DNA of 64,000 bases from the human T2T-CHM13v2.0 reference genome, Homo sapiens. The notes below the pieces were generated by a model. It saw only the letters and a program-made list of their open reading frames with translations, was not told the origin of the DNA and did no database searches. The translations under genes and the position numbers were made by a program. Positions 1 through 12,295 of this stretch are shown here, piece after piece (within the stretch, counting starts at the first letter, position 1; each line of letters opens with the position of its first letter). The stretch lies in assembly GCF_009914755.1 (NCBI RefSeq), contig NC_060927.1. The stretch is one strand, 5' to 3'.

Positions 1-49
1 AATGCACTTCGGGGCGCGTCACTCGGAGCGGCGGGTCCCGTCTCGACAG
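1..49 (+). other. SEC22A: SEC22A non-coding exon 1 (5' boundary at or before the window start)
   Basis: Lies in the CpG island and ends at CAG|GTACTC (GT at 50-51). The next exon has an acceptor 19 nt upstream of the ATG, so an upstream UTR exon is required. Confidence 0.75.
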
Positions 50-440
50 GTACTCCCCGGCCCCTCCCAGTCCTCTTCTTCCTTTCTTAGGGGTCGTTCG
101 AATCCCTGCCGGCCTCTCCCCTCCCGCTCCCTGCCTCTCGCCACAGCCTCGGCCTTCGCCCTCGGGACTGAAGACCTACCCCACGGGCAGGAGCCAAGTC
201 CGTGCCTTTGGGATGGGAGTCGGGGCCGCGGAGCTCTGGAGGGACGGGCAAGCGGGGACCCCGTCCCCTTCGACTTGAGGGTTCTCTGGGGCCAGGCGGG
301 CGGCGGTTGCGCCTCGTCTGAGCCGCCTCGGGTGTTGGGCAGCCAGGAAAGGAGAGTTTGAAGGGGAGGGACAGTCGCACTTGGCTGTCAGCATGGTGGT
401 GGGGATTCCCTGGCGCCCAGGTGTCAGAAACACGGTGATC
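1..440. promoter_or_regulatory. CpG island over exon 1 and the start of intron 1
   Basis: Very GC-rich with dense CpGs (ggcgcgtc, gcggcggg, ggccgcgg), unlike the AT-rich, CpG-depleted remainder of the window. Confidence 0.9.
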
Positions 441-1112
441 TACCTGTGTAGGTGGCCCATGAGAGCTTGAGGTGGCATTTCCTATTTCTTTTAGGCAGAA
501 TGGGACTTGAACCAGTGTCTTACTTTACGTTTTGTGGGGATGGAGTGAGCCCTGAGCCCAGATATTTGCCCGCGTTGGCTCACGGAAATCTCTTGAGACC
601 CTGTCTCAAGAGTCACTTTGGGAACGATGTGGCAGAAGGGAGACCTGAGCAATTGGCTCGGCAAGTGGAGGAGGCTTCCAAAAGAAAAGGACAAGCCCCA
701 GCTGGCTTGAATCTCTCTGCCAGTGAAGACAGCTTAAGATAATTTTTCCCTGCTGCTTAGTTTCCTGGATCATCCACCTGGGGCAGGGGGCGAGCTTGAG
801 AACCAGTCCCTCCTATGCCTATTCAGCCAAGGCAAAGCCTAGCCCAGAGCAAAAGTATCAGCCACCAGACTGGAGATGTTGGGATCTTCAGTCAGGGGAA
901 CAGCCACTTTTCAAACTCTGAATCACTTTCCATGTTACTGATATTTGCTTACATGCTAAGATTGTAAGGAATCAGGCAATGCCTTAAACGGTACCTACAA
1001 TTTCTGATATATTAAGGTTCATTCAGTATTTGACTCTGACACCTGTGACCATATCCTAAAGTAATGGGACATTCGGGTATTTCCTATGTTGAAAACCATC
1101 ACATCTGTTTAG

Positions 1113-1116
<4 letters not shown>

Positions 1117-1149
<33 letters not shown>
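1117..1149. repeat. Poly(T)33 homopolymer
   Basis: 33 consecutive T. Confidence 0.98.
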
Positions 1150-1151
<2 letters not shown>

Positions 1152-1284
1152 GTGCAACTGGTTAAAATCGAAGTATATCTTATGTTGGTATATGAAAGAG
1201 GCCTAGGTCTTATCACAGGGGTGCCTGTGACCTTCCTTGAGTGTCTCACAGAGTTGTTAGAATTGGGCCTGAGTTTAAATCCCT

Positions 1285-1870
1285 ACTTTGTCACCTACTC
1301 GTTTAGGGATTAAAAAAAATTCCTCAAGCTTTCTGGGCTTGAATTTCCTCAAAGGTAAAATGGAACTAATAATACCTATCTCACAGGTTTTTGGAACGCT
1401 TAAATGAGGTAATGTGTATAAAGTGCGTGGTCCATGGAGAGTAATCAATAAATAATACAGCAAATATTTAATGTAGTGCTTTTAGCATGTTACAAGGCAA
1501 TGTTTCAGGCACTTTACATGATCCTATGAGATAGATACTATTGTCATCTTTAAAACAAGCCTATGAGATAGATGCTATTAGTAGCCACAATATATAGATG
1601 TGGAAATTGAGATATAGAAAGGCAAAGCTTGCCCAAATTTACATGGCTGGTAGATGGTGGAGCCAGGATTAGAACCCAGGCAGCAAGTGAATAGATAGTT
1701 TCTATATCCCTGGTTTCTTGTGTCTTGTTGGTTTTGGGAGACTGATGAAGCATAGTGATGTAGAGATACTAGAAACTTAGACCGAAGTACCAGTTCTGCT
1801 ATATACTAGCAGTGTGACATTGAGAAAGTGAGCCTTAGTTTCCTCATCTGTAAAATGGTGGTTTTACCTA
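1285..1870. mobile_element. Cluster of MIR SINE fragments
   Basis: MIR core motifs such as gccttagtttcctcatctgtaaaatgg and ttgcccaaatttacatggctggtagatggtggagccaggattagaaccc. Confidence 0.65.
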
Positions 1871-3468
1871 CCCAACCGTGAACTATGTGGCACTATAAAA
1901 ATGTTGGGATTGACACATTTGAGCATGTATTGGGGGCCCTGTCCTAGATGTGGGTAAAATCTGTTGTGAAGCCTGAGGTCTTATACATACTGTGCAGTGC
2001 AAGCACCCATAATAGGAATGTCGAACACTGCTAGTGAGGTAGAAGGCATAGGCAAAATGGCGGAAATTCCATCCCCTTTATCACCCACTCTATCCCCCAC
2101 CCTCAGCGAGCACTTTTAATAAAATAATATGTACCATATTGGTATTGTTTCCCAAACTTTGGTACTGTCACATATGCAAGATAATTTGATAAGCAAATGA
2201 ACATTAAAAAATTCTCCCCAAATTTTCACACACATACATATTTGAATGAAACAAGTTCATTTAATTTAAATTAGGAGAAAAACTTAACATCTCAAAACTG
2301 ATTTCACAGATATTATTGCTAAAAAATAAAGGACAAGAAAAGTAAGTCAATTCAAAGACCAATATTAGGTAAATAGTACAGGTGGATGAAGATAATTCTG
2401 AAAGTGGTACTTGGATGACTGAAGACTGGGAAGTTATGAACTAAAATAAATATGAGTGCTTTTGCCCCCAGTATAAAATGTTTTTATCTTAAAAGTGGCA
2501 TTTGTGAAAGCATTTGGTTAGAACGTATATACAAAATCCACTTACATGTTGGGCTTTGTTTATTACCTTTTGAGAGATAACTTCCTGAGACATTGAGCCT
2601 GTAGTCATTACCCCTACAAGGTTCTGAAGAAGAGGGGTGTCTTATTATCTTGGGTCCAGGAACTTGCTAACCACTACTATAGTAGTTTGGCATTGTGGGA
2701 ATTTATTTTCCTCAGCCTTTACATAAAAGTTTACCCAGATTTACCTAGATTCTAGCTTGTGCTTTTTCCTCCAACAGTTGCTGATGGGGAGAGGAAAAAA
2801 TAGCCACTATTCAGGTTCCCTGTGAGTTAACTGCTGCTGTACAAAGGCAGGTGTAATATTTTCTCTGTATTAAAGGTGAGGAGAAATGGCCCAGTGCCCT
2901 AAACATTTATCTATGGCCCCGATAAGCTAAAAACTCCTAAATCTTCCCATGCAGTTGTTGTAATCTCTTGCTTTCCACAGTTCCACTGGTTCTTCCTTGG
3001 GATTTTCCCAACCACAACCCTCCTTAAGACCTTAAAGATACTTTAACCTAGCTTAGGCCTGACATGGACAGATTTCCTTTTCTGCTAGCACAGTCCAGAT
3101 AAGATTAGTTTAAAAAAAAACAAACTATATTATGAATCCGTGGTAAAAAGAAAAAAAGTAGGTGTATGTTTATTGAATTGATGGAGAGACAGCTTAGCCT
3201 AAGGTGGTTGGAATCTGTCTACAAATTAGTTAAGCCTGACGTTGATCATTGGACATTCATCCCCGTTTGTCAGGCTTAAATTCAAGTGCTTTGGATGCTG
3301 AATCAAATTACTGTGGTAGAAAGAGGTTTAATTTTTTCCCTAAGAAAAATCTTATCTATGGATAAGTAGAAACCATTCTCTGACAACCTTGTAATAATTT
3401 TGACAGGGAATGTAACTGCTGTGTTCTGCTTTTGGTTAAAGGCTAAAGTACATATTAGGAAAATTTGA

Positions 3469-3776
<308 letters not shown>

Positions 3777-4172
3777 GGAGTATTTGAAATGTAAGTTTGT
3801 CCAACTTTAGTTTTCCAGTTAGTGAAGTGGTGGGCAACACACCTGCATTGTTTGCTCTTTTCATCTGAGTTTCTCTAATTGAGGAGTGATGTTTCTTGAT
3901 GGTAGGACTCTTCATTCCTGCTATCTGGCATAATTCATGGGACACATTAGATATTCAGTAAATGTTTGGTAAACAAATGGAACTTACAAATTGTATTCTT
4001 TTTACAGTATGTGTTTTAGAAAGCATGGATCATATATTTATTGATCTGTCCTCCAAGTCACTAAAGAATAACTTTGAAGACTACATGAAATTTGGCAACC
4101 TATTAATGAAGTCTATTCATAATATTTCTATTAGGATCCTAGAGAGGCCAGACATAAAATAATACAGTCTAC

Positions 4173-4432
4173 TTTTATTTTACTTTTTGAGACAGGATCT
4201 CTCTCATCACCCAGGTTGGACTGCAGTGGCACAATCATAGCTCACCATTGCCTTGAACTCCTGGGCCTGCTTCAGCCTCCCCAAAGCAAGTACTATAGGC
4301 GTGTGCCACCATGCCCAGCTGATTTTTAATTTTTTTTATAGAGACAGAGCCTCACCATGTTTCTAGGTTGGTCTTGAACTCCTGGCCTCAAGCAGTGTTG
4401 GGATTATGGGTATAAGCCATGGCACCCCATCC
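4173..4432 (-). mobile_element. AluJ (degraded)
   Basis: T-rich tail followed by a diverged reverse-complement Alu body. Confidence 0.85.
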
Positions 4433-4868
4433 AATCTGCTTTTAAATACTAAAATGTGGGTATTTAGAACTGCAAGTTACAACTCACCCTCAAATTAATT
4501 CCCAGAATGGTTATTGTGTTGCAGTGTACTTCTGGAAAGACAACAGTTTTATAGTTAAATAATAAACGCTTAAGGGGATAGAGTAAGACATTTTCCTACT
4601 TTCTTACACTTAGGCTAAATGTTACAATTGTGATTTAATAATTAAGTAAAACATGGTAAAAAAAAAAATTAAAGAGGGGTTTATAGTATAGATATCTCTT
4701 CAGGGATCCCAACTTTTTCATGCTACTGCTTTTAGGAGAGAAAAAAACTAGATGAATGGAAAAAAACACCAATTGGGATATGTCACACTGGGACTTCAGT
4801 TTGAAGACTCCACTGTAGTAAAAAGACTAATTTGCTTCTGGATATTTTTCTCTTTAAATGAATGGAGA

Positions 4869-5188
<320 letters not shown>

Positions 5189-6587
5189 CTAGAGATTTCT
5201 CCTTTTTCCTCATGAAAAGAGGAAAAAGGGATAGTGAACTTAATGCATTAGATTTATTAGTTGGGTTAATTTTTATTGTCAGATCAGTTATCACCATGAA
5301 TGGGAAGTCATATTTTGACTTCACACAGCAGTGAAAACTATCAGCTCCTGATTTACAAGCTTTGTAACAACTGGTTTTCTGTGGTATTTTTTTTTATATA
5401 TATTACTCATTTTTTCCTTTTTGGAATGAGATAATATTGACCTAGATTAAGTGGGCAGGTAAGGATTAATTTAGTCTCTAAGATACAATATTTTTGGAAA
5501 AATGCCTGTGAGATTTTTATCAGATTTTTGAATTTTCACCAGTTGCCTCACCACTAGTGAGGAAGCCTTTAGTGACATTGTGCTTTGATGGCCTGACAGA
5601 GAAGAGTTATCACTTAATCTTAGATAGTGAACATGTTTTAATTTAATGTTTTAAAAAGTATGGGCCTTAGACAATAAGCAAATTGTCAAGCCCTATCCCA
5701 CAGTCAGTGGTTCAGAATTTTGAGGGCAGAGCTCAGAAATCTGCATTTTTAACTAAACTTTCAACTTCTTATGCAAGCTAAAGTTTGAGAGCCACTGTGT
5801 ATTTTATGAAAGGTTGAGTGACTGTTGACCTGAGTTCCTTCAGACTCAGGCCTGTGAAGTCCTTTCATCTGTTTTTGTAAAACAAGAAGAGAATCCAATA
5901 AAATAGGCCATTAAGATTTACTTTCTGGTAAAAAGATTGAGAACAACATTAAAACCAATATTCCTTTAGCTTTAGGATTTATTTTAAATAATTTTTTTCT
6001 GATTATAAAAGTAGTATATGTCTACTGTGAATATTGAGAACATTTAGGAAATTATAAAATAATAATAACCAATAATACCATTTCTTAGAGGTGAGCATAT
6101 TCTTAATTTGGCATCTTTTTCTGCATCCGTTTTTCAATCCCTTTTTCCTTCTCTTTATCTTCGTCTCTTTATCCTTATGTTTGTGTAAAACAACATTTGC
6201 AATTTTTATCCTACTTTTTTCTCCTTAACATGTAAGCATTTTACCACATTATTAAACTTTCTCCACAAACATAACTTTTAGTTGCTGCATTATATTCTGT
6301 TATATGAATATACTATAATTTACTTAACCATCACCATTTTATAGGATATTTAGATTGCTTTCAGTTATTTGAGTGGAAGAATGTCTTTCTGTTTAAAATT
6401 TTGCCTGGATTTCTGATTATTTTTCTCAAGACAGGTATATATTTAAATTTATTGAGGTTAAAAGGTATGCCTTCAGACTCTTGTTGAAATTGCCAAATCA
6501 TTTTGAGAACTGTTTGTACCAGTTTTTACTTCCATCTGTACTTATGAGAATGCCAGACAGAAGTATTATTTTTTAAAAAGCTAATGT

Positions 6588-6811
6588 GGCTGGGTGTGGT
6601 GGCTCATGCCTGTAATCCCAGCACTGTGGCAGGCGCCTATAGTCCCAGCCACATCCTATGCTGTGGCATGGGAACCCAGGCTGAGGCATGAGAATTGCTT
6701 GAACCCTGGATGGGGGATGTTGCAGTCAGCCAAGATGGCGCCACTGCACTCCAGCCTGGGTGACAGAGCAAGATGCTGTCTCAAAAAAAAAAACAAAAAA
6801 CAAAAAACAAA
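6588..6811 (+). mobile_element. Alu with internal deletion and a non-Alu insert
   Basis: Alu head joined directly to the right monomer; A tail; TSD-like aaaagcta(t)atgt on both sides. Confidence 0.9.
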
Positions 6812-6852
6812 AGCTATATGTTAAGTGAAGCATAGTATGTTGTTTTAATTAG

Positions 6853-7155
<303 letters not shown>

Positions 7156-7280
7156 ATTTTAATTACTATTCTTATATTACTAGTAAGTTGAACATTTTTA
7201 CATATGCTTATCAAGTTTGGCTTTAATTTTTATGTAACCCAAATTGTTCATTTTGTTTTAGGTCTTCTCTGTTGGTTGAA

Positions 7281-7462
7281 ATGTCTATGATTTTATCTGC
7301 CTCAGTCATTCGTGTCAGAGATGGACTGCCACTTTCTGCTTCTACTGATTATGAACAAAGCACAGGAATGCAGGAGTGCAGAAAGTATTTTAAAATGCTT
7401 TCGAGGAAACTTGCTCAACTTCCTGATAGATGTACACTGAAAACTGGACATTATAACATTAA
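7281..7462 (+). CDS. SEC22A: SEC22A exon 2, first coding exon (exon begins at 7262); longin domain N-terminus
   Basis: Acceptor ttttgttttAG at 7260-7261, ATG at 7281, donor AA|GTAAGA. Translates [26 protein letters not shown]...GHYNI; the RxxDGLPLxAS motif is typical of Sec22 longin domains. Confidence 0.97.
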
Positions 7463-7699
7463 GTAAGACTTCAGTTTGCTTCATTTGACTCATTTGCCCA
7501 GTAGTTGTCATTTTAATGAAGTTTAAGTGGTTGCAATAGAAAGGAGTGATTAGGAAAACCTGTTCAAGTCGAGCATCATATTGTTCTGAACTTATACTAA
7601 ATAGTCATCATGTCAGCAGCAGCCTTTTTGTAGTTTCTTTGTATCTGGCTCTGGGAAATTTTATAGTTGTGCAGATCATAGATATTCCTCTTTTAAGTT

Positions 7700-9520
7700 G
7701 ATCACTAAATATTTATTTGCATTCTTACATACCTAGGGTTGTAGTAAGCAAACTATAATTGGAAATAAAAATTTTTTACCTGATATCTGCCCTCAAAGAA
7801 CTGAAGCAACTTACGTCTAGTGGGAGGGGGTAGCACTTATCACTGAGTCACATACAAATCAAGTAAAACTGGGCAATGGGATAGAGAGTGACTATTTATT
7901 GTGGTCAAGACACTCTCTGAGAGGGTGACATTTGAGCAGAGACCTAAAAGATGAGAGAGGAGGTAATTATATGAAGGATGCTGTGGATGAAGAGCAAGGC
8001 AGAGGTAGCAGCCAGTGGAGAAGCCCTTTTTTACATGCCAAGAGACAGAAAGAAAACCAGTGATCCTGAAGAATTATGGACAATTAATAGAGTTGCAGAA
8101 AGTGAGGCCAGAAAGGTAGGAATGGGGCAAGTTATGTAGTGAGTTTGGAGTCTATTAGTCTGTTTAGTCTAATGCAGTAGGAAGCCATTGGGTAGTTTTA
8201 AGCTATAGAGTTACATGATTTCATTTGGCTTAGAGTAGATCATTCTGCCTGCACTGTGAAGAATAAAGGAGAAAGTGGAAGCAGAGAGGTCAGATGGAAG
8301 ACTCAGAGAAGTTCAGGTGGAGGTGCTGATTGTAACGAGCTAGGGTAGTAATGAATAGAAGTAGTTAGATTGGGGCTATATTTTGGGATTAATACCAGCA
8401 AATCTTCCTACTGGATTGAAATAGGATGTGAAGGTAAAAGAAGAATAATCACCTGTAGTTTTTTGGCCTGAGGAACTGGATGAATAATGTAGCTGAAATG
8501 AGCAAGAAAGGAGAGGATAAGTGCGTCTCCTTGGTAAAAAGTAAGAGTTCTGTTTGGACATGTTAAATCTGAGATGCCCATTAGACATCCAAGGGGCACT
8601 GCTAGGTAAGCAGCTGGATATATGAGTCTGAAGCTTAGTGAAGAGGACAAGTATAGACATTTAGATTTGGAAGTCAGCTTACAGTTTGTGATTAAAACCA
8701 TGGGAATGGATGAGACCACCTTGGAAAGCTTAGACGTGAAACAATTAGAGAACAATTAATGTCTGATATCAAGCTGGATATTGATTATGCATACAGAAGG
8801 AAATAAGGTAAAAACACAGTCCATATAGGATATAATAAGCAGAGGGCTTCGTTGTTGAGATGAGACATGAGCCATGTCCTGAAGAATTAATAAGAGTTGG
8901 CTAAGGCAGGGAGGAGGGCATTCCAGGTGTACGGAGGAGAGGCAGAATAAGCAAAGAATGTGACTTAGCATGGTAGGTGTATTAACATGCTTATCCTGGG
9001 TCAGTGGATGGTGATTTATGGATAGTTGTGAGACATGCGTGATAATCATTGTGGGGCCAGATCCTGGATCGCCCTGAAAGTTCAGATTGAAGGACGTGAC
9101 TTTGATGTAATATGTTATAGGAAGCTGTGCTGCAGGTTCAAGGGAAGTGACTTGATAAAAACAATCCTGAGACAGTGGAACTTAGGGTGAGTGGACAGTC
9201 CAAGAGGAGAGAGATAAGGCAGAGAGGCCAACTTATTAGGGCCTGAAGTAAGAAAATAAACGTGCAAATGAAAATTAGAACACCAAAAGAACTAGAATGA
9301 TAATGAGAAATAGTTTGATTGGGGATCACTTTGAAGTTGGATCACTTCAAAAGAAGTGACCAAGCTGGATAGGATGGAATACCAGAGATGAAAAGAAGGA
9401 AGGGGCAAAGATGACTGAAGCCTTGGAATTGGACAGAATGTTGGTGTCATTGCCAGAAATGAGATCTTTGGAACAGACTGTTTATGAGGTGTGAGGCAGA
9501 AGAGAAAGATAATGAAGCTC
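7700..9520 (-). mobile_element. L2 LINE remnants
   Basis: Purine-rich L2-type motifs, e.g. gagggtgacatttgagcagagacct and gagttctgtttggacatgttaaatctgagatgccc. Confidence 0.7.
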
Positions 9521-9532
9521 CATTTTGATCAT

Positions 9533-9820
9533 TTTTTTAAGACACTGGGGCTTGCTCTGTTACCTAGGCTGGAATGCAGTGGCATGATGACAGCTCACTG
9601 AGCCTCAACCTCTTGGACTCAAGTGATCCTCCCACTTCAGCCTCTTGAGTAGCTGGGACTACAGGTGCACACCACCACACCCAGCTAATTTTTTTATTTT
9701 TAGTAGGGATGAGGTCTCACCATGTTGCCTAGGTTGACCTCAAACACCTGGGCTCAAGTGATCCTCCTGCTTGGCCTCCCAAAGTACTGGGATTACAGAC
9801 ATGAGCCACTGCACCTGGCC
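9533..9820 (-). mobile_element. AluJ
   Basis: Reverse Alu with J-type features (ggactcaagtgatcctcccac). Confidence 0.92.
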
Positions 9821-9848
9821 CACTTTAATTATTTAACTTGAGGTTTTA

Positions 9849-10145
9849 GGCCAAGCACAGTGGCTCACACCTGTAATCTCAGCACTTTGAGAGGCCGAGG
9901 CAGGCAGATCACTTGAGCCCAGGAGTTTGAGATCAGCATGGGCAACATGGGGAGACCCTGTCTCTACAAAAAACTAAAAAATTAGCCAGGCGTGACATAG
10001 TCCCAGCTACTGTGGCGACATACGTGGGAGGATCGCTTGAGCCTAGGAGGTTGAGGCTACAGTGAGCCATGATCTCACCCCTGCATTCCAGGGTGACAGA
10101 GCAAGACCCTGTCTCAAAAAATATATATAAATAAAATAAATAAAT
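9849..10145 (+). mobile_element. AluJ
   Basis: Forward Alu; TSD-like ttgaggtttt on both sides. Confidence 0.92.
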
Positions 10146-11964
10146 TGAGGTTTTGACAAGGTAGTTCAGTGGAGATGGGATAGAGATTTTGGAATCATTC
10201 ACGTAGATGTGGTTGATATTGTGAGGGGAGAAGTGCCTACTGGGTTTAGAGAGAGGGCCCAGGTTAGAACCTTGGAGAATGTCCACAATTTCTTAGATCA
10301 CCTGGATAATGGTAAGATGTTATATTTAATTGGGGTTTCTGAGGGTTTAATTAGAAAATATTGTGATTATGGTGATTAAAATATATGTAAAATGATGTCT
10401 CAACCTACTTCTATTTTTTTAGAGGAAAAACTTGAAATATTTCAATATTTTATTTAATAGGCTCTGTTAGTGTCCTGGGTCATTATTCTGAGTTTTATTT
10501 GTGAATGTATAGTGGTATAAACAAATATCAAAGTTATAGGAGATTGGCTTGAATGTATATTAATTCTGGTAGGTGTGCTGGACTTAAACTTTTGCAATTT
10601 TTTTTCTTTTGACTCTCTTTTAAAATTAAAAAAATTTATTTTGACTTTTCTTAAAAGTAAAGTAAAATGTAACGTTTTAACATCCCTTCATTCTATTTAA
10701 CTGAAAATTCTAGATTTTGTATCATTTAGTTTTAGTTAGTTGTACTCCAGCTTATTCCACACAAAGGATTTGAGGCAATTTAGGAAAAAAAAAATTCAAG
10801 GGGCCAAGTAAGGGAGTCAAAAGAAGGAAAATAGAGATAGGAGAATAATAAACTGAGGTAACATTTCCTTCTGGAGATGCAAACTAGATAGTCCATCCAT
10901 TTGTTAGAAAAAGGTTGCAGATATTATCGTTGAGTTTCCTTGTGGCCAAAGCAAAGGGGGTAATCCATAGGATTTAGTGTCCATTGGATAAAAACATTGT
11001 TTTTCCTGTTATTGAGACCAGAAGTACATAAAGAGGACAGCATTTGGATAACATTCTTCCAGCAACTATAATTATGAGAGTTTAGGAGTGGGATAAATCA
11101 GCAGAAGTCTAATCTGGTCTAGTTCAAGAATACAATTCAGATAAATGCATTTCAGAGCCATGCATAGAAAAATGTCTATGCATGTTTTTTTGTACCAAAC
11201 CTTCAATAAGGATTGGAAAACAGAAGTTCTAGTTCTAGTTCCTGACAAGGACCTGGATTTCATATGTTTTCTATCATTGATAAGAGATCTTGTGGTTTAG
11301 TTTCTGTTTAATGAGGTTGTTACCTTATATGACATTGAGCTTAGACTGAAATGCGTAAAATTGAGAATTTGTGTGTGTTACCTGACTTAAAATTCTCACA
11401 CCACAACTGTTTTTCTAACAACTATGAGTTTGCTAGATAAAACTCACAGGTCTGCTGTAGCAACATCATAGCACAGCCTGAAATTGCCACCATGCTGTCC
11501 CTCTTTTCTCCTAGCCATATTAAATGCTTCTTTCCTTCAAACCCTACTTCTTTTGAATCACCTTCTTTCTCATTACTATTTTATGTCTCTAATGATCTCA
11601 CTCCTTTCACAGATCACCTGTAGAACTCGGTTGACTGCCTTTTTCATCACTTATTAAAATTTCTTATTTTTAATTTAATTTTATTTCTCCATCCTCTCTT
11701 TATAACAGGGTTGTAACTCATTGAGGGAATTGATCTGCCATGGCTTATACTATTTTTGATTCCTCAACTCTTGGCATTGTGGTTTTCAAATTTGTGTAGA
11801 AATTGAGATACTCTTTCTTTACAGAATCTCAAAATCACTAAGTATATAATTATGTGCCAAATCAGTTGATACCTCACATTAAATTCTAGTTGAATAGGCA
11901 AGGGAAGACCAGAGTTTGAAGGAAAAAAAAATCAGGGGAGTAACATTTAAAATTGAGATAATTA

Positions 11965-12295
<331 letters not shown>

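Noticed and set aside
2-742. Long ORFs on both strands at the window start
   Set aside because: Expected in a GC-rich CpG island with few stop codons. No recognisable domain, and the + ORF crosses the exon 1 donor.
1523-1579. Short local duplications (cctatgagatagat x2; similar ones near 36993 and 40849)
   Set aside because: Ordinary slippage duplications inside decayed MIR/L1 repeats, with no sign of function.
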